DNA from: Candidatus Woesearchaeota archaeon
GTDB lineage: Archaea; Nanobdellota; Nanobdellia; Pacearchaeales; UBA284
Direction: 5' to 3'
NCBI GenBank assembly: GCA_964354405.1
Contig: CAYGZP010000003.1
Location: forward strand, 8,666 to 32,665
DNA length: 24,000 nt
Position numbers and translations under genes: made by a program. This document shows positions 1 through 6,730 of this stretch, piece by piece; the stretch's first letter is position 1; the number at the start of each line of letters is the position of its first letter. The notes below the pieces were generated by a model. That model did not search any database and was not told the origin of the DNA. It saw nothing but the letters and a program-made list of their open reading frames with translations.

Positions 1-126
1 TCCAAGTTGCTTATCCAGTTCTTCTACTGTTTGCTGGTAGCGTTTAATCTGGTTTTTGTAATCCGCGATTTCTACTTCATGGGATTTCTTTGTAGCATCC
101 CGTTCGATTTGTTGCCATTTATTCAT
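1..126 (-). CDS. hypothetical protein, N-terminal 42 codons only (runs off the left edge)
   Basis: Hand translation of the minus strand from the ATG at 126-124 gives MNKWQQIERDATKKSHEVEIADYKNQIKRYQQTVEELDKQLG with no stop before position 1. Its start overlaps the stop of the upstream gene (TAATG). The charged, heptad-like sequence suggests a coiled coil. Confidence 0.4.
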   Translation of the reverse strand, partial: MNKWQQIERDATKKSHEVEIADYKNQIKRYQQTVEELDKQLG

Positions 127-350
127 TACGCTTCCTCCTCTTCAATTGTTTCTAATTCTCCTTCTTCAAAAATTTCTTGAGCATTGTCAATAATAGATTT
201 AACAGCATACTCATTCCCAAATTTTACTTCCATATGGTATGTTGTTCCCTGCTCCTCCCATGAAACGATTGCTATTCCGCAATCAAAATTTTCTGCTAAC
301 TGACTCCTAACTTCCATCAAAATATCGTTTTGTGTTTTTGGAGTTTTCAT
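126..350 (-). CDS. hypothetical small acidic protein (74 aa)
   Basis: ORF-track entry, co-oriented and tightly packed in the late operon. It has an acidic C-terminus (EEGELETIEEEEA). The ATG lies 3 nt downstream of a TTATCG-N4-CGATAA palindrome. Confidence 0.6.
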   Translation of the reverse strand: MKTPKTQNDILMEVRSQLAENFDCGIAIVSWEEQGTTYHMEVKFGNEYAVKSIIDNAQEIFEEGELETIEEEEA

Positions 351-353
351 ATT

Positions 354-369
354 TTATCGTTTACGATAA
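354..369. repeat. palindromic box TTATCGTTTACGATAA (copy 1)
   Basis: Perfect 6+6 inverted repeat with a 4-nt spacer. The minus-strand spacer TAAA contains the TAA stop (361-363) of the putative endolysin gene. The next ATG (350) follows 3 nt after the box. Confidence 0.9.
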
Positions 370-903
370 TTCGGTTAATAGATATGGAATTGTCTTTTGG
401 TTGTATCTATTCATTTCCGAATAGACGAGGTTGATGAATCCGTCCCATTGTGAAGGATAGATTGTTTGGCATCCTTCGCTTGAGGTGGATTTGTAACTGC
501 CCTTATGGATGTTGATAGCGATGCCCATATCGTCTCCAGTGCCGTCTCTCGTAACAGGCAACTCCTCTTTGGCGTTAGCAGGTCGCAACGCTGGATAGCC
601 ACCTCCGGGTTTGCTAATGCCATGATTCCCTTTACGAAAGCGATGAACGCCCGTTTTGAGAACCGCAATGCCTTTTCGATATACAGACGGATCAGTGTTG
701 GCGTTGAAAGTAGCATGAACAGAAGGAGATAGTAGTATAATCGCATCGTCGTAAATACCCCTATCATTCTTTCCTTTGACTCCCATTGAGTCAGCATAAT
801 ATCCGCGAATCCCTACCAGCGCAACACGATCTTCGATCCCCGCTTTGATGACCATTGCGAGGGTCTTTTCTTTCGCTTGCTGTGGTCTGGAGTTAGGAAC
901 CAT
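361..903 (-). CDS. putative endolysin / cell-wall hydrolase (180 aa)
   Basis: Last gene of a cassette of small membrane and lipoprotein genes with overlapping stops and starts. The segment INIHKGSYKSTSSEGCQTI resembles the His...Ser-x-Gly-Cys active-site pattern of YkuD / L,D-peptidase-like folds; this is from memory, with no search done. The function is inferred mostly from context. Confidence 0.6.
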   Translation of the reverse strand: MVPNSRPQQAKEKTLAMVIKAGIEDRVALVGIRGYYADSMGVKGKNDRGIYDDAIILLSPSVHATFNANTDPSVYRKGIAVLKTGVHRFRKGNHGISKPGGGYPALRPANAKEELPVTRDGTGDDMGIAINIHKGSYKSTSSEGCQTIYPSQWDGFINLVYSEMNRYNQKTIPYLLTELS

Positions 904-1073
904 TAGCCTTTACGCACAACATTGATGAGTCCAACGAGTCCGAGTCCTGCGACAAGGATTGCTTCTTGGAGTTCTGGTTCGATCTTCACTCCGACTGCCG
1001 TAGCAATAAGAATCAATCCGCGCCATGTGCTATTCTCTGATAGCCGCTGAAGTAGTATATTTACGATTTTCAT
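903..1073 (-). CDS. small membrane protein, 56 aa (holin/antiholin-like), not in the ORF track
   Basis: Hand translation gives MKIVNILLQRLSENSTWRGLILIATAVGVKIEPELQEAILVAGLGLVGLINVVRKG. It has two hydrophobic stretches. Its stop overlaps the endolysin start (TAATG) and its start overlaps the upstream stop (ATGA). Confidence 0.55.
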   Translation of the reverse strand: MKIVNILLQRLSENSTWRGLILIATAVGVKIEPELQEAILVAGLGLVGLINVVRKG

Positions 1074-1228
1074 TTTTTTGTTCCTTTTGGTTCGGGCAGT
1101 TCATAAGTAAGCCTGCCGTAATCTGTATCTAACGAAATTCCAAGTGTTGTGCAGCTTGTCAAGAATGCCATCGCAAGAAATGCGAATGAGATCAGAATCA
1201 TTCCAACTGCGATTTGTTTAGCGTTCAT
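1070..1228 (-). CDS. small lipoprotein, 52 aa (o-spanin-like), not in the ORF track
   Basis: Hand translation gives MNAKQIAVGMILISFAFLAMAFLTSCTTLGISLDTDYGRLTYELPEPKGTKK. It has a positively charged N-terminus, a hydrophobic core and a lipobox-like LTSC. The mature part would be only about 27 aa. It lies inside the lysis cassette. Confidence 0.6.
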   Translation of the reverse strand: MNAKQIAVGMILISFAFLAMAFLTSCTTLGISLDTDYGRLTYELPEPKGTKK

Positions 1229-1400
1229 TGTTGCGAATCTTTTTAAACATATACACTGCCGTCAAAATTCCAGCGATAAGAGAAACAAACAATCCACCGA
1301 GGCGCAATCCAGTTTCAATGTGCGGCATCATGCTTACCATGAATCCAGTAAAACTCGTTGTTGTTCCTAAAACTCCTGTAAGTGTAGCGTTATCGTTCAT
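1218..1400 (-). CDS. holin-like membrane protein (60 aa)
   Basis: Two predicted hydrophobic helices (SFTGFMVSMMPHI and LGGLFVSLIAGILTAVYMF) and a basic C-terminal tail (KKIRNNER). It is the first gene of the lysis cassette and overlaps the lipoprotein gene start by 11 nt. Confidence 0.6.
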   Translation of the reverse strand: MNDNATLTGVLGTTTSFTGFMVSMMPHIETGLRLGGLFVSLIAGILTAVYMFKKIRNNER

Positions 1401-1404
1401 CCGT

Positions 1405-1644
1405 TTATAATGTTATTGGTTCCCACTGTCTTTCAACTCGATCTTCAAACCAAACCACAATAGGCTCCCATTCGCCTTCTTCTGGTTTTTCTATTTTTAC
1501 CACTTCTACAAGACGAGGATCTTCCCATCCATCTGGAAGTGGGTATGGGCGAATCGTATCAATTCGCGGGTTACCTTCATCATCCAGCACTACACTTGCA
1601 AGTTCCCTTATTCCGTTTGGAAATATAAGTCCAAATGTTTTCAT
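1405..1644 (-). CDS. hypothetical protein (79 aa)
   Basis: ORF-track entry, co-oriented, with 3-4 nt gaps to both neighbours. No recognisable motif. Confidence 0.6.
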   Translation of the reverse strand: MKTFGLIFPNGIRELASVVLDDEGNPRIDTIRPYPLPDGWEDPRLVEVVKIEKPEEGEWEPIVVWFEDRVERQWEPITL

Positions 1645-1647
1645 AAA

Positions 1648-3687
1648 TTATGCTCCGTATGCTACCTCAACAACATCAACGCTTGCAACCCATCTCCAAG
1701 TTTCAGATAAAATTCCTGTAACTTGAACACTTAAAAAATCGCTTGCGTCATTTGCTGTAATGTTAATTGATGTTAGTGATGCTGTGTCTATTCCAATTGT
1801 ATTGACTGTTCCAACAAGCGTTGTAGTTGCGGCAACATTTTTAATTGAGAATTGACGAATATAACTTGCTGTTGCTGATCCATCGCTTTTAATTCCAGCA
1901 ATGTTAATTGTTCCTGTAAGGTATTTTCCAGATGGAATAGTTAGATATGTCGTTGCTCCATCAAGTGCCATTTCGACTGCTGTATTGGTAGTCGTCTTAC
2001 AGCGAAGGACGAAACGGGCGCGTTGGGCATCGCCTTGGGCGGAGAATTGACCTGCTGAATGCGCGTGCATTGCACGCCTATCAGAAAGTGAATTTGCTCC
2101 AAATGCGACACAAAGTGCATTAGATGATCTTGAATTTGAAGCTCCTAATACACTGGAGTTTGAACCAGATGCGGTTGAATTGTCAGAACTAAAAATACCA
2201 GAATTTGACCCAGAAGAAATATTGGATTGACCTCCAATTACTGTTGAATAAGAACCTTGAGCTTGTCCATTAAATCCTCCAACTGATACCGAAGCCGAGC
2301 TGGTCGCAGACATTTGTTGACCCATAGCTACACAGGCAAAATTACTTGCTAAACAAGATGTCCCCCCTGCAACTGAATAACTTCCAGAAGCAGTATTATT
2401 TGAACCAGCTAAAATTACCGCATTTAACCCGCTTGAAACTTGAGTCGCAGCAAATCTTTGTAATTGCAAATCAACGGCATAGTTTCCCCTCGCATTCCCC
2501 CCAGTCGTCGTGCCATCCGGCTTCGGGCCTGCGATCAGTGCCCCCATGCCTTTCGGCGTGAGGACGAGATCAGAATTTGTAGCGGTGGTGTTCTCTGATA
2601 GAGTGACATTCGTGCTGACGCTATGCCCATTTACAAGTGTTCCTACTGTAATGTCCGTTGTAAAAAGTGAAGCTCCACCGCCAACGCTTGTGCTGACTTG
2701 GAATGTCGCTCCGCTGACATTGATAACATAGTAGTTTGTCGTTGTATTAAGACCCGATCCGCCAGTCAATGCGGTAAATCGAACTGGTTGACCATTTGCA
2801 AAGGCAGAACCTGTTGCCGTAATAATGTCAGTTGAAGCAACTCCAGTTATTGCAAATGATTCAATGGCATCTTCAACAATAAGACCAGAATTTTGCAATG
2901 TGCTTCCACCCGTGCCGTCTGCACGAAGGATGGCGTTGTCAACTGATCCAGTTGTAATTGTTGTAGGTGTTGTCCATGTAGGGGTTCCTGCGCCAGCAGA
3001 GGTTAAAACTTGACCCACAGTTCCAATAGGAGTTACGCCTAATGCTGAAGTGCTGGCACCATAAGCAATTCCACCAGCAACAAACGCTGAGGACTGACCC
3101 GTGCCGCCTCGATTATAGGCAACAGTATTTCCATTCCATGTAGCAGAAGTAATTGAACCCGGATAATCAAATGTATTGGTTGACCACGATACATTTGATG
3201 GAGATTGATCGTGTCTATCCCAAGAGCCTGCTGCCGTTGCATTATCAAGCAAAACAACTGTGACATATCCACCAGATGGAATAGATACTATAAGCGTATT
3301 TGAGTTGTTATTAACTAAAATTGCACCAGAACTTTGATTGTTGTTGAAACTAAAAATTGTGCCTTTTGTAAGCGTAGTTGCGTCTGGTAATTTGATTGTT
3401 TGTCCACCAGACCCAGTGACAAGCGAAACTGGTGCGGATGCAACGGTTAAAACAACTTGAGTTCCAGATGCAGTAATTGTTGCGAGGTTATTGAAAAACG
3501 CATTTGCTGAGATGTTATTGTTAGCGTCTTTTACAACTACTGTGCTATCAATGGCGATTGTTCCAGAGGTAGTAATTGTTCCACCAGTTAATCCTGTTCC
3601 TGCGGTTATGCTGGTGACTGTTCCGGCACCTCCACCACCACCTGCAATATCAAGTTTTCCTGTGAATGGATTGAATTTGTATGCCAT
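1648..3687 (-). CDS. tail fibre protein (679 aa)
   Basis: The N-terminal MAYKFNPFTGKLDI motif is one I recall at the N-termini of many phage tail fibres. The composition is Gly/Ser/Thr/Asn/Ala-rich and beta-repeat-like. The C-terminal half carries repeats of the form GxxNxASGSxSxxxGG, like YadA/Hep_Hag head repeats. Confidence 0.8.
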   Translation of the reverse strand: MAYKFNPFTGKLDIAGGGGGAGTVTSITAGTGLTGGTITTSGTIAIDSTVVVKDANNNISANAFFNNLATITASGTQVVLTVASAPVSLVTGSGGQTIKLPDATTLTKGTIFSFNNNQSSGAILVNNNSNTLIVSIPSGGYVTVVLLDNATAAGSWDRHDQSPSNVSWSTNTFDYPGSITSATWNGNTVAYNRGGTGQSSAFVAGGIAYGASTSALGVTPIGTVGQVLTSAGAGTPTWTTPTTITTGSVDNAILRADGTGGSTLQNSGLIVEDAIESFAITGVASTDIITATGSAFANGQPVRFTALTGGSGLNTTTNYYVINVSGATFQVSTSVGGGASLFTTDITVGTLVNGHSVSTNVTLSENTTATNSDLVLTPKGMGALIAGPKPDGTTTGGNARGNYAVDLQLQRFAATQVSSGLNAVILAGSNNTASGSYSVAGGTSCLASNFACVAMGQQMSATSSASVSVGGFNGQAQGSYSTVIGGQSNISSGSNSGIFSSDNSTASGSNSSVLGASNSRSSNALCVAFGANSLSDRRAMHAHSAGQFSAQGDAQRARFVLRCKTTTNTAVEMALDGATTYLTIPSGKYLTGTINIAGIKSDGSATASYIRQFSIKNVAATTTLVGTVNTIGIDTASLTSINITANDASDFLSVQVTGILSETWRWVASVDVVEVAYGA

Positions 3688-3688
3688 A

Positions 3689-3955
3689 CTATGGGTAAGT
3701 TATTGTTACTTTTACCAAATTTGTGTCGTTTACTGTTGGAGGCTGAGTAGCATACTCAAGTGTTAGTGTTGCTACTAAGACTCCTGCATTTTTGTATAGA
3801 ACAGTCGCAATATTATTTGTGGCACCATAGTAAGTGATGTCAATCTCGTCATATGGCGGGATGTCGAATCCAGTAACTTGTTTCAATTGCTCATAGATAT
3901 TGAAATTCTGTTGATCTGGAGTTAGATTGATAAAGCAGGGTTGAGAGAGTGCCAT
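3689..3955 (-). CDS. hypothetical structural-module protein (88 aa)
   Basis: ORF-track entry. Its stop lies 1 nt from the tail fibre start, and its ATG lies 6 nt downstream of palindromic box copy 2. Confidence 0.6.
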   Translation of the reverse strand: MALSQPCFINLTPDQQNFNIYEQLKQVTGFDIPPYDEIDITYYGATNNIATVLYKNAGVLVATLTLEYATQPPTVNDTNLVKVTITYP

Positions 3956-3961
3956 AATATT

Positions 3962-3977
3962 TTATCGGTTACGATAA
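3962..3977. repeat. palindromic box TTATCGGTTACGATAA (copy 2)
   Basis: Perfect half-sites. The box directly abuts the TAA stop (3978-3980) of the upstream minus-strand gene. Confidence 0.9.
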
Positions 3978-4244
3978 TTAGCCAACTGGTGGAAGAGCAG
4001 CAGCAAGAGCTTCGTTAGTAAGGAAGTATTGCTGGTCTTCAGTTTTTTGCACAAAGCAATTTTGAGTAACTGGGGTGAGGCTACCAATGGTTGCGAGTCC
4101 GAAATAGAATTGATAGAGTTTAGCGGAATCGGAGGCTGAGTCATAGCATCCATAAGAAATTGGGTTAATACCAGCAGCATCAGCAATCGTTTGAAGAAAA
4201 GGATAGGATTTATTGCGGTAGTCGAGATCGGTAAAGCAAGCCAT
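3978..4244 (-). CDS. hypothetical structural-module protein (88 aa)
   Basis: ORF-track entry. I prefer it over the overlapping 3962..4330 ORF, which would overlap the upstream 204-aa gene (4302..4916) by 29 nt. Confidence 0.55.
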   Translation of the reverse strand: MACFTDLDYRNKSYPFLQTIADAAGINPISYGCYDSASDSAKLYQFYFGLATIGSLTPVTQNCFVQKTEDQQYFLTNEALAAALPPVG

Positions 4245-4249
4245 AATTT

Positions 4250-4290
4250 AAAAAAGGGGTTAGGGTGAGGAAGGATTACCTTCCCCACCC
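4250..4290 (-). terminator. GC-rich hairpin plus T-run after the 204-aa gene (candidate leaky intrinsic terminator)
   Basis: The minus strand reads GGGTGGGGAAGG-TAAT-CCTTCCTCACCC, a 12-bp stem with one G-U pair. It is followed by TAACCCCTTTTTT. The T-run is offset by 7 nt, so terminator strength is uncertain. Confidence 0.5.
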
Positions 4291-4301
4291 AAGGTTGAGG
4301 T

Positions 4302-4916
4302 TTAGTAGTAGATGCCAACAACGTAGGCATTCACATAGAGTGCGCCAACACGTCCAGCAGTATCAGCACCAGAGGTGACATTCACGCCAGCGTTTGCGTA
4401 GGTGAAGGTGGTCGAGTCAACGACAGTAACTTCAGCCTGCACATCGTTGAACGTAGTGTCGGTCATGCTGGCAATCGTGATCGTGTCACCCGTGGCAAAA
4501 CCATGAGCAGCACCAGTAACGATTGTGGCAACGCCCGAAGTGCGGGAACGAGTTGCGGTAGCTTGACCAGCACCAACAGTAGATTTCAACAAACGAAGTT
4601 TGCGGGAACCAGTGATAACATAAGGATTGGCGGCAATCGCAAGAGGATTGTAGCGGCCTTGGTTATCAAGAGCGTCAGTGATGGTGAGCGAAGAGGTGAT
4701 GTTTTCGCCAGTGGTTCCGTTGTCAACGATCACAATTGGATCGGTGGCAGTAGTTCCGCGAGCGTAGGCAGTCTCCAGCACGATGCTTGTTGGAAAGAAC
4801 TTAGTGTCTTGGTCGTTAAGAACCAAGAGGTCAGCGTCTCCAGCAGCGAGGAGGTTAACGGCAATCGGGCCAAACAAGTTGACACGATCATAAGCGAGTG
4901 GTCGAGAATTAGACAT
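4302..4916 (-). CDS. virion structural protein (204 aa), function unassigned
   Basis: Immediately downstream of the putative capsid gene with similar strong codon bias. The segment GAAHGFATGDTITIASMTDTTFNDVQAEVTVVDSTTFTY resembles a beta-domain motif seen in phage structural and fibre proteins (from memory). Confidence 0.65.
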   Translation of the reverse strand: MSNSRPLAYDRVNLFGPIAVNLLAAGDADLLVLNDQDTKFFPTSIVLETAYARGTTATDPIVIVDNGTTGENITSSLTITDALDNQGRYNPLAIAANPYVITGSRKLRLLKSTVGAGQATATRSRTSGVATIVTGAAHGFATGDTITIASMTDTTFNDVQAEVTVVDSTTFTYANAGVNVTSGADTAGRVGALYVNAYVVGIYY

Positions 4917-4935
4917 ATATTTTATTTAAGGTTGT

Positions 4936-4963
4936 GGGGAGAGGCTTGAATAAGCCTCCCCCC
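4936..4963 (-). promoter_or_regulatory. intercistronic GC-rich hairpin after the capsid gene
   Basis: The plus strand reads GGGGAGAGGCTT-GAAT-AAGCCTCCCCCC, with one A/C mismatch in the stem. No U-run follows on the minus strand, so an mRNA-stabilising or processing hairpin is more likely than a terminator. Confidence 0.45.
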
Positions 4964-4971
4964 TGTTTAAC

Positions 4972-6384
4972 TTAGGAAGGCACAACGATGTCACCCACAC
5001 CAGCGCAGCTATAGCAATCCTGATTGTTCTCAGGAACGATGTAGCTTTGCACAGGGCAGCAGGAACCATAGAGGTTTTTGCTTTGTGGCAGGCGATGCAA
5101 GAACGAGTGCATGATGGTTGGGTCTTTGACCTGTGCAGCGAGACGGAACTGGGCTTGATAGAAGCCCGTTTTGCGCCAGCGGTTGCACTCCCAATCTGGG
5201 TTCTTCCATTCCCAATCGCCAGCGTAGTTCTGGGTCATTTGCTGGGCTTGGCCGTATCCGGTCGGGGATGGCATTGTCCATTTAACCATTGCTTTGTTCA
5301 CCATAGCAACCGAGATGCCGAAGTCGGCAGTGCGGTATGCGCGGTTAGGAATATAAGCGCAACCGTTTTCAAGGACAGTCTTGATGTAACGAGGAACGCG
5401 AACGAGACGTGCCCATGTAGCAGGATCAGCTTCATTGAATGTAGCGAGCGATGCGTTGAAGGCGGTGTCAGCGTTGAAGCGAGCGGAGTTGATGTCGTAT
5501 CCGAAGGCATAGTCACCGATGATGCGGTTGATGCCGAGTTTCAAACGAGTAAGACGCTCATCGAAGTCGGTGTTTGCATCCCAGTAACCATTGTTACGCT
5601 TGGCTTGGAAGTAAAGCGCACGGCCAACTTGAGGATCAGGGATAACGATGTCGAGCAATGGCTGACCAGTCGCATCTTGCAGATCAAGGCGGAAAGCGTC
5701 ATCTTCGTCTTGGAGGTCAACGAGAGCGTCGTCGAGCATATCAAGCGAGAGATAAGCAATCTTATTGAGGTCGGCAGGAGCGAGCTTAACGCGAATCGCG
5801 CAGAGGTCGTAGCCAGCTTCGTTGTTGATGGTATGCTCAGGAACGAACCATGCAGAGTCGTCAACGAGTCCGCAGTAAGTGCCGTCATCCGTGGTGATAC
5901 CCATCCATTTGTGGCCGGAACCACCGATGTAGTTGGAACGAAGGAACTCTTCGTGGACGTTCTTGGTGATGCGAGCATTCGACTCCTCGAACTGAAGGAT
6001 TTCTTCAGCAGGGAAGAGGCGATAAAGAAGGCTCTCAACGCAAATCCAGTCAGTCGTCATCTCTTTACGGAGAAGCTCGAAAGTGTAGCTCTCAGTGCCG
6101 GGGCGCTGAATAACTTCAGGTTTGCTATCGCAAGAATCAGTCTCGCAGTAGGTGTCGGTGATCGCACGGAAAGGAGTGCAAGGATCGTGGAAGCCACGGC
6201 CAAAGCGGAATGCTTTCTGTTCGGTTGTATGATTCAAGGGCCATGATTGCTCCTCGAAACGTGTGAAATATGCAGAGTTGGTGACGAGTTTCTTTACATA
6301 GAGGTCGTTGAAATACTCGCGGCCCTCGCGGAAGAAACTATCAATCTCAGCACAGGAATTGAAATATAGCTGATCTGATGCCAT
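4972..6384 (-). CDS. putative major capsid protein (470 aa)
   Basis: Gene order is portal, small ORF, scaffold, then this gene. It shows the strongest codon bias in the window: there are no TTA, CTA or TCA codons across about 400 codons, which is why the codon-aligned antisense frame stays open. It has a long structured leader and is bracketed by hairpins. No sequence motif was recognised. Confidence 0.65.
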   Translation of the reverse strand: MASDQLYFNSCAEIDSFFREGREYFNDLYVKKLVTNSAYFTRFEEQSWPLNHTTEQKAFRFGRGFHDPCTPFRAITDTYCETDSCDSKPEVIQRPGTESYTFELLRKEMTTDWICVESLLYRLFPAEEILQFEESNARITKNVHEEFLRSNYIGGSGHKWMGITTDDGTYCGLVDDSAWFVPEHTINNEAGYDLCAIRVKLAPADLNKIAYLSLDMLDDALVDLQDEDDAFRLDLQDATGQPLLDIVIPDPQVGRALYFQAKRNNGYWDANTDFDERLTRLKLGINRIIGDYAFGYDINSARFNADTAFNASLATFNEADPATWARLVRVPRYIKTVLENGCAYIPNRAYRTADFGISVAMVNKAMVKWTMPSPTGYGQAQQMTQNYAGDWEWKNPDWECNRWRKTGFYQAQFRLAAQVKDPTIMHSFLHRLPQSKNLYGSCCPVQSYIVPENNQDCYSCAGVGDIVVPS

Positions 6385-6583
6385 AATGATTGGTTTTGTT
6401 TGATTTTAGTTGGTTTGGTTTTAGTTTGATTCACAAACGCAAAAGGCCCGAAAGCCCCAAGCGAATGCTTGTTGGTTTCGAGCCGGAGTTCAACCCTCGG
6501 TGTCTTTTGCAAGACCAGTCCGGAAACAGATTTTCATGCGAGTTCTGATACTCGCCAGCCAGAGTGCGGCTGAATCACTAATT

Positions 6584-6599
6584 TTATCGTAAACGATAA
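6584..6599. repeat. palindromic box TTATCGTAAACGATAA (copy 3)
   Basis: Perfect half-sites in the capsid gene leader. It lies about 15-30 nt downstream of the predicted TSS and about 200 nt upstream of the ATG. Confidence 0.9.
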
Positions 6600-6621
6600 T
6601 TTCGTCTTTCTCTTACATCGG

Positions 6622-6650
6622 ACATTGCAACAGACTATTTACAGTGTCAA
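6622..6650 (-). promoter_or_regulatory. candidate sigma70-like promoter for the capsid operon
   Basis: The minus strand has TTGACA (6650-6645), a 17-nt spacer and CAATGT (6627-6622). The -35 is perfect and the -10 is weak. It sits directly downstream of the scaffold terminator. Confidence 0.3.
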
Positions 6651-6655
6651 GCAAC

Positions 6656-6701
6656 TTTTTTCAAAAAAGTTTGGGGGAGGTAGCGCGATTCTACCTCCCC
6701 C
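6656..6701 (-). terminator. intrinsic terminator after the scaffold gene (bidirectional-looking)
   Basis: The minus strand reads GGGGGAGGTAG-AATCGCG-CTACCTCCCCC, a perfect 11-bp stem, followed by AAACTTTTTTG. A T6 run is also present on the other side of the stem. Confidence 0.6.
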
Positions 6702-6730
6702 ATCTATGAACCAGATTTCAGAATGACGGG

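Noticed and set aside
411-797. A 128-aa same-strand ORF embedded in the putative endolysin gene, which might have been an embedded spanin or holin. A 75-aa antisense ORF lies at 505..732.
   Set aside because: A separate lipoprotein gene and membrane-protein genes already sit upstream. The embedded ORF has no lipobox or signal-like N-terminus and no start context. It is probably a chance open frame.
3962-4330. A 122-aa minus-strand ORF overlapping 3978..4244 in another frame.
   Set aside because: It would run through the terminator hairpin (4263-4290) and overlap the 3' end of the upstream 204-aa gene. Its translation is Leu/Pro/Lys-rich and low-complexity. The 88-aa frame fits the stop/box/start spacing seen at other junctions.
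5047-6246. A 399-aa ORF on the plus strand, antisense to the capsid gene.
   Set aside because: It is codon-aligned with the minus-strand gene: both have codon low coordinates congruent to 1 mod 3. Its stops would therefore require TTA, CTA or TCA codons in the capsid gene, and a highly biased late gene simply avoids these rare Leu/Ser codons. The translation is compositionally odd and has no start context. This is a classic shadow ORF.
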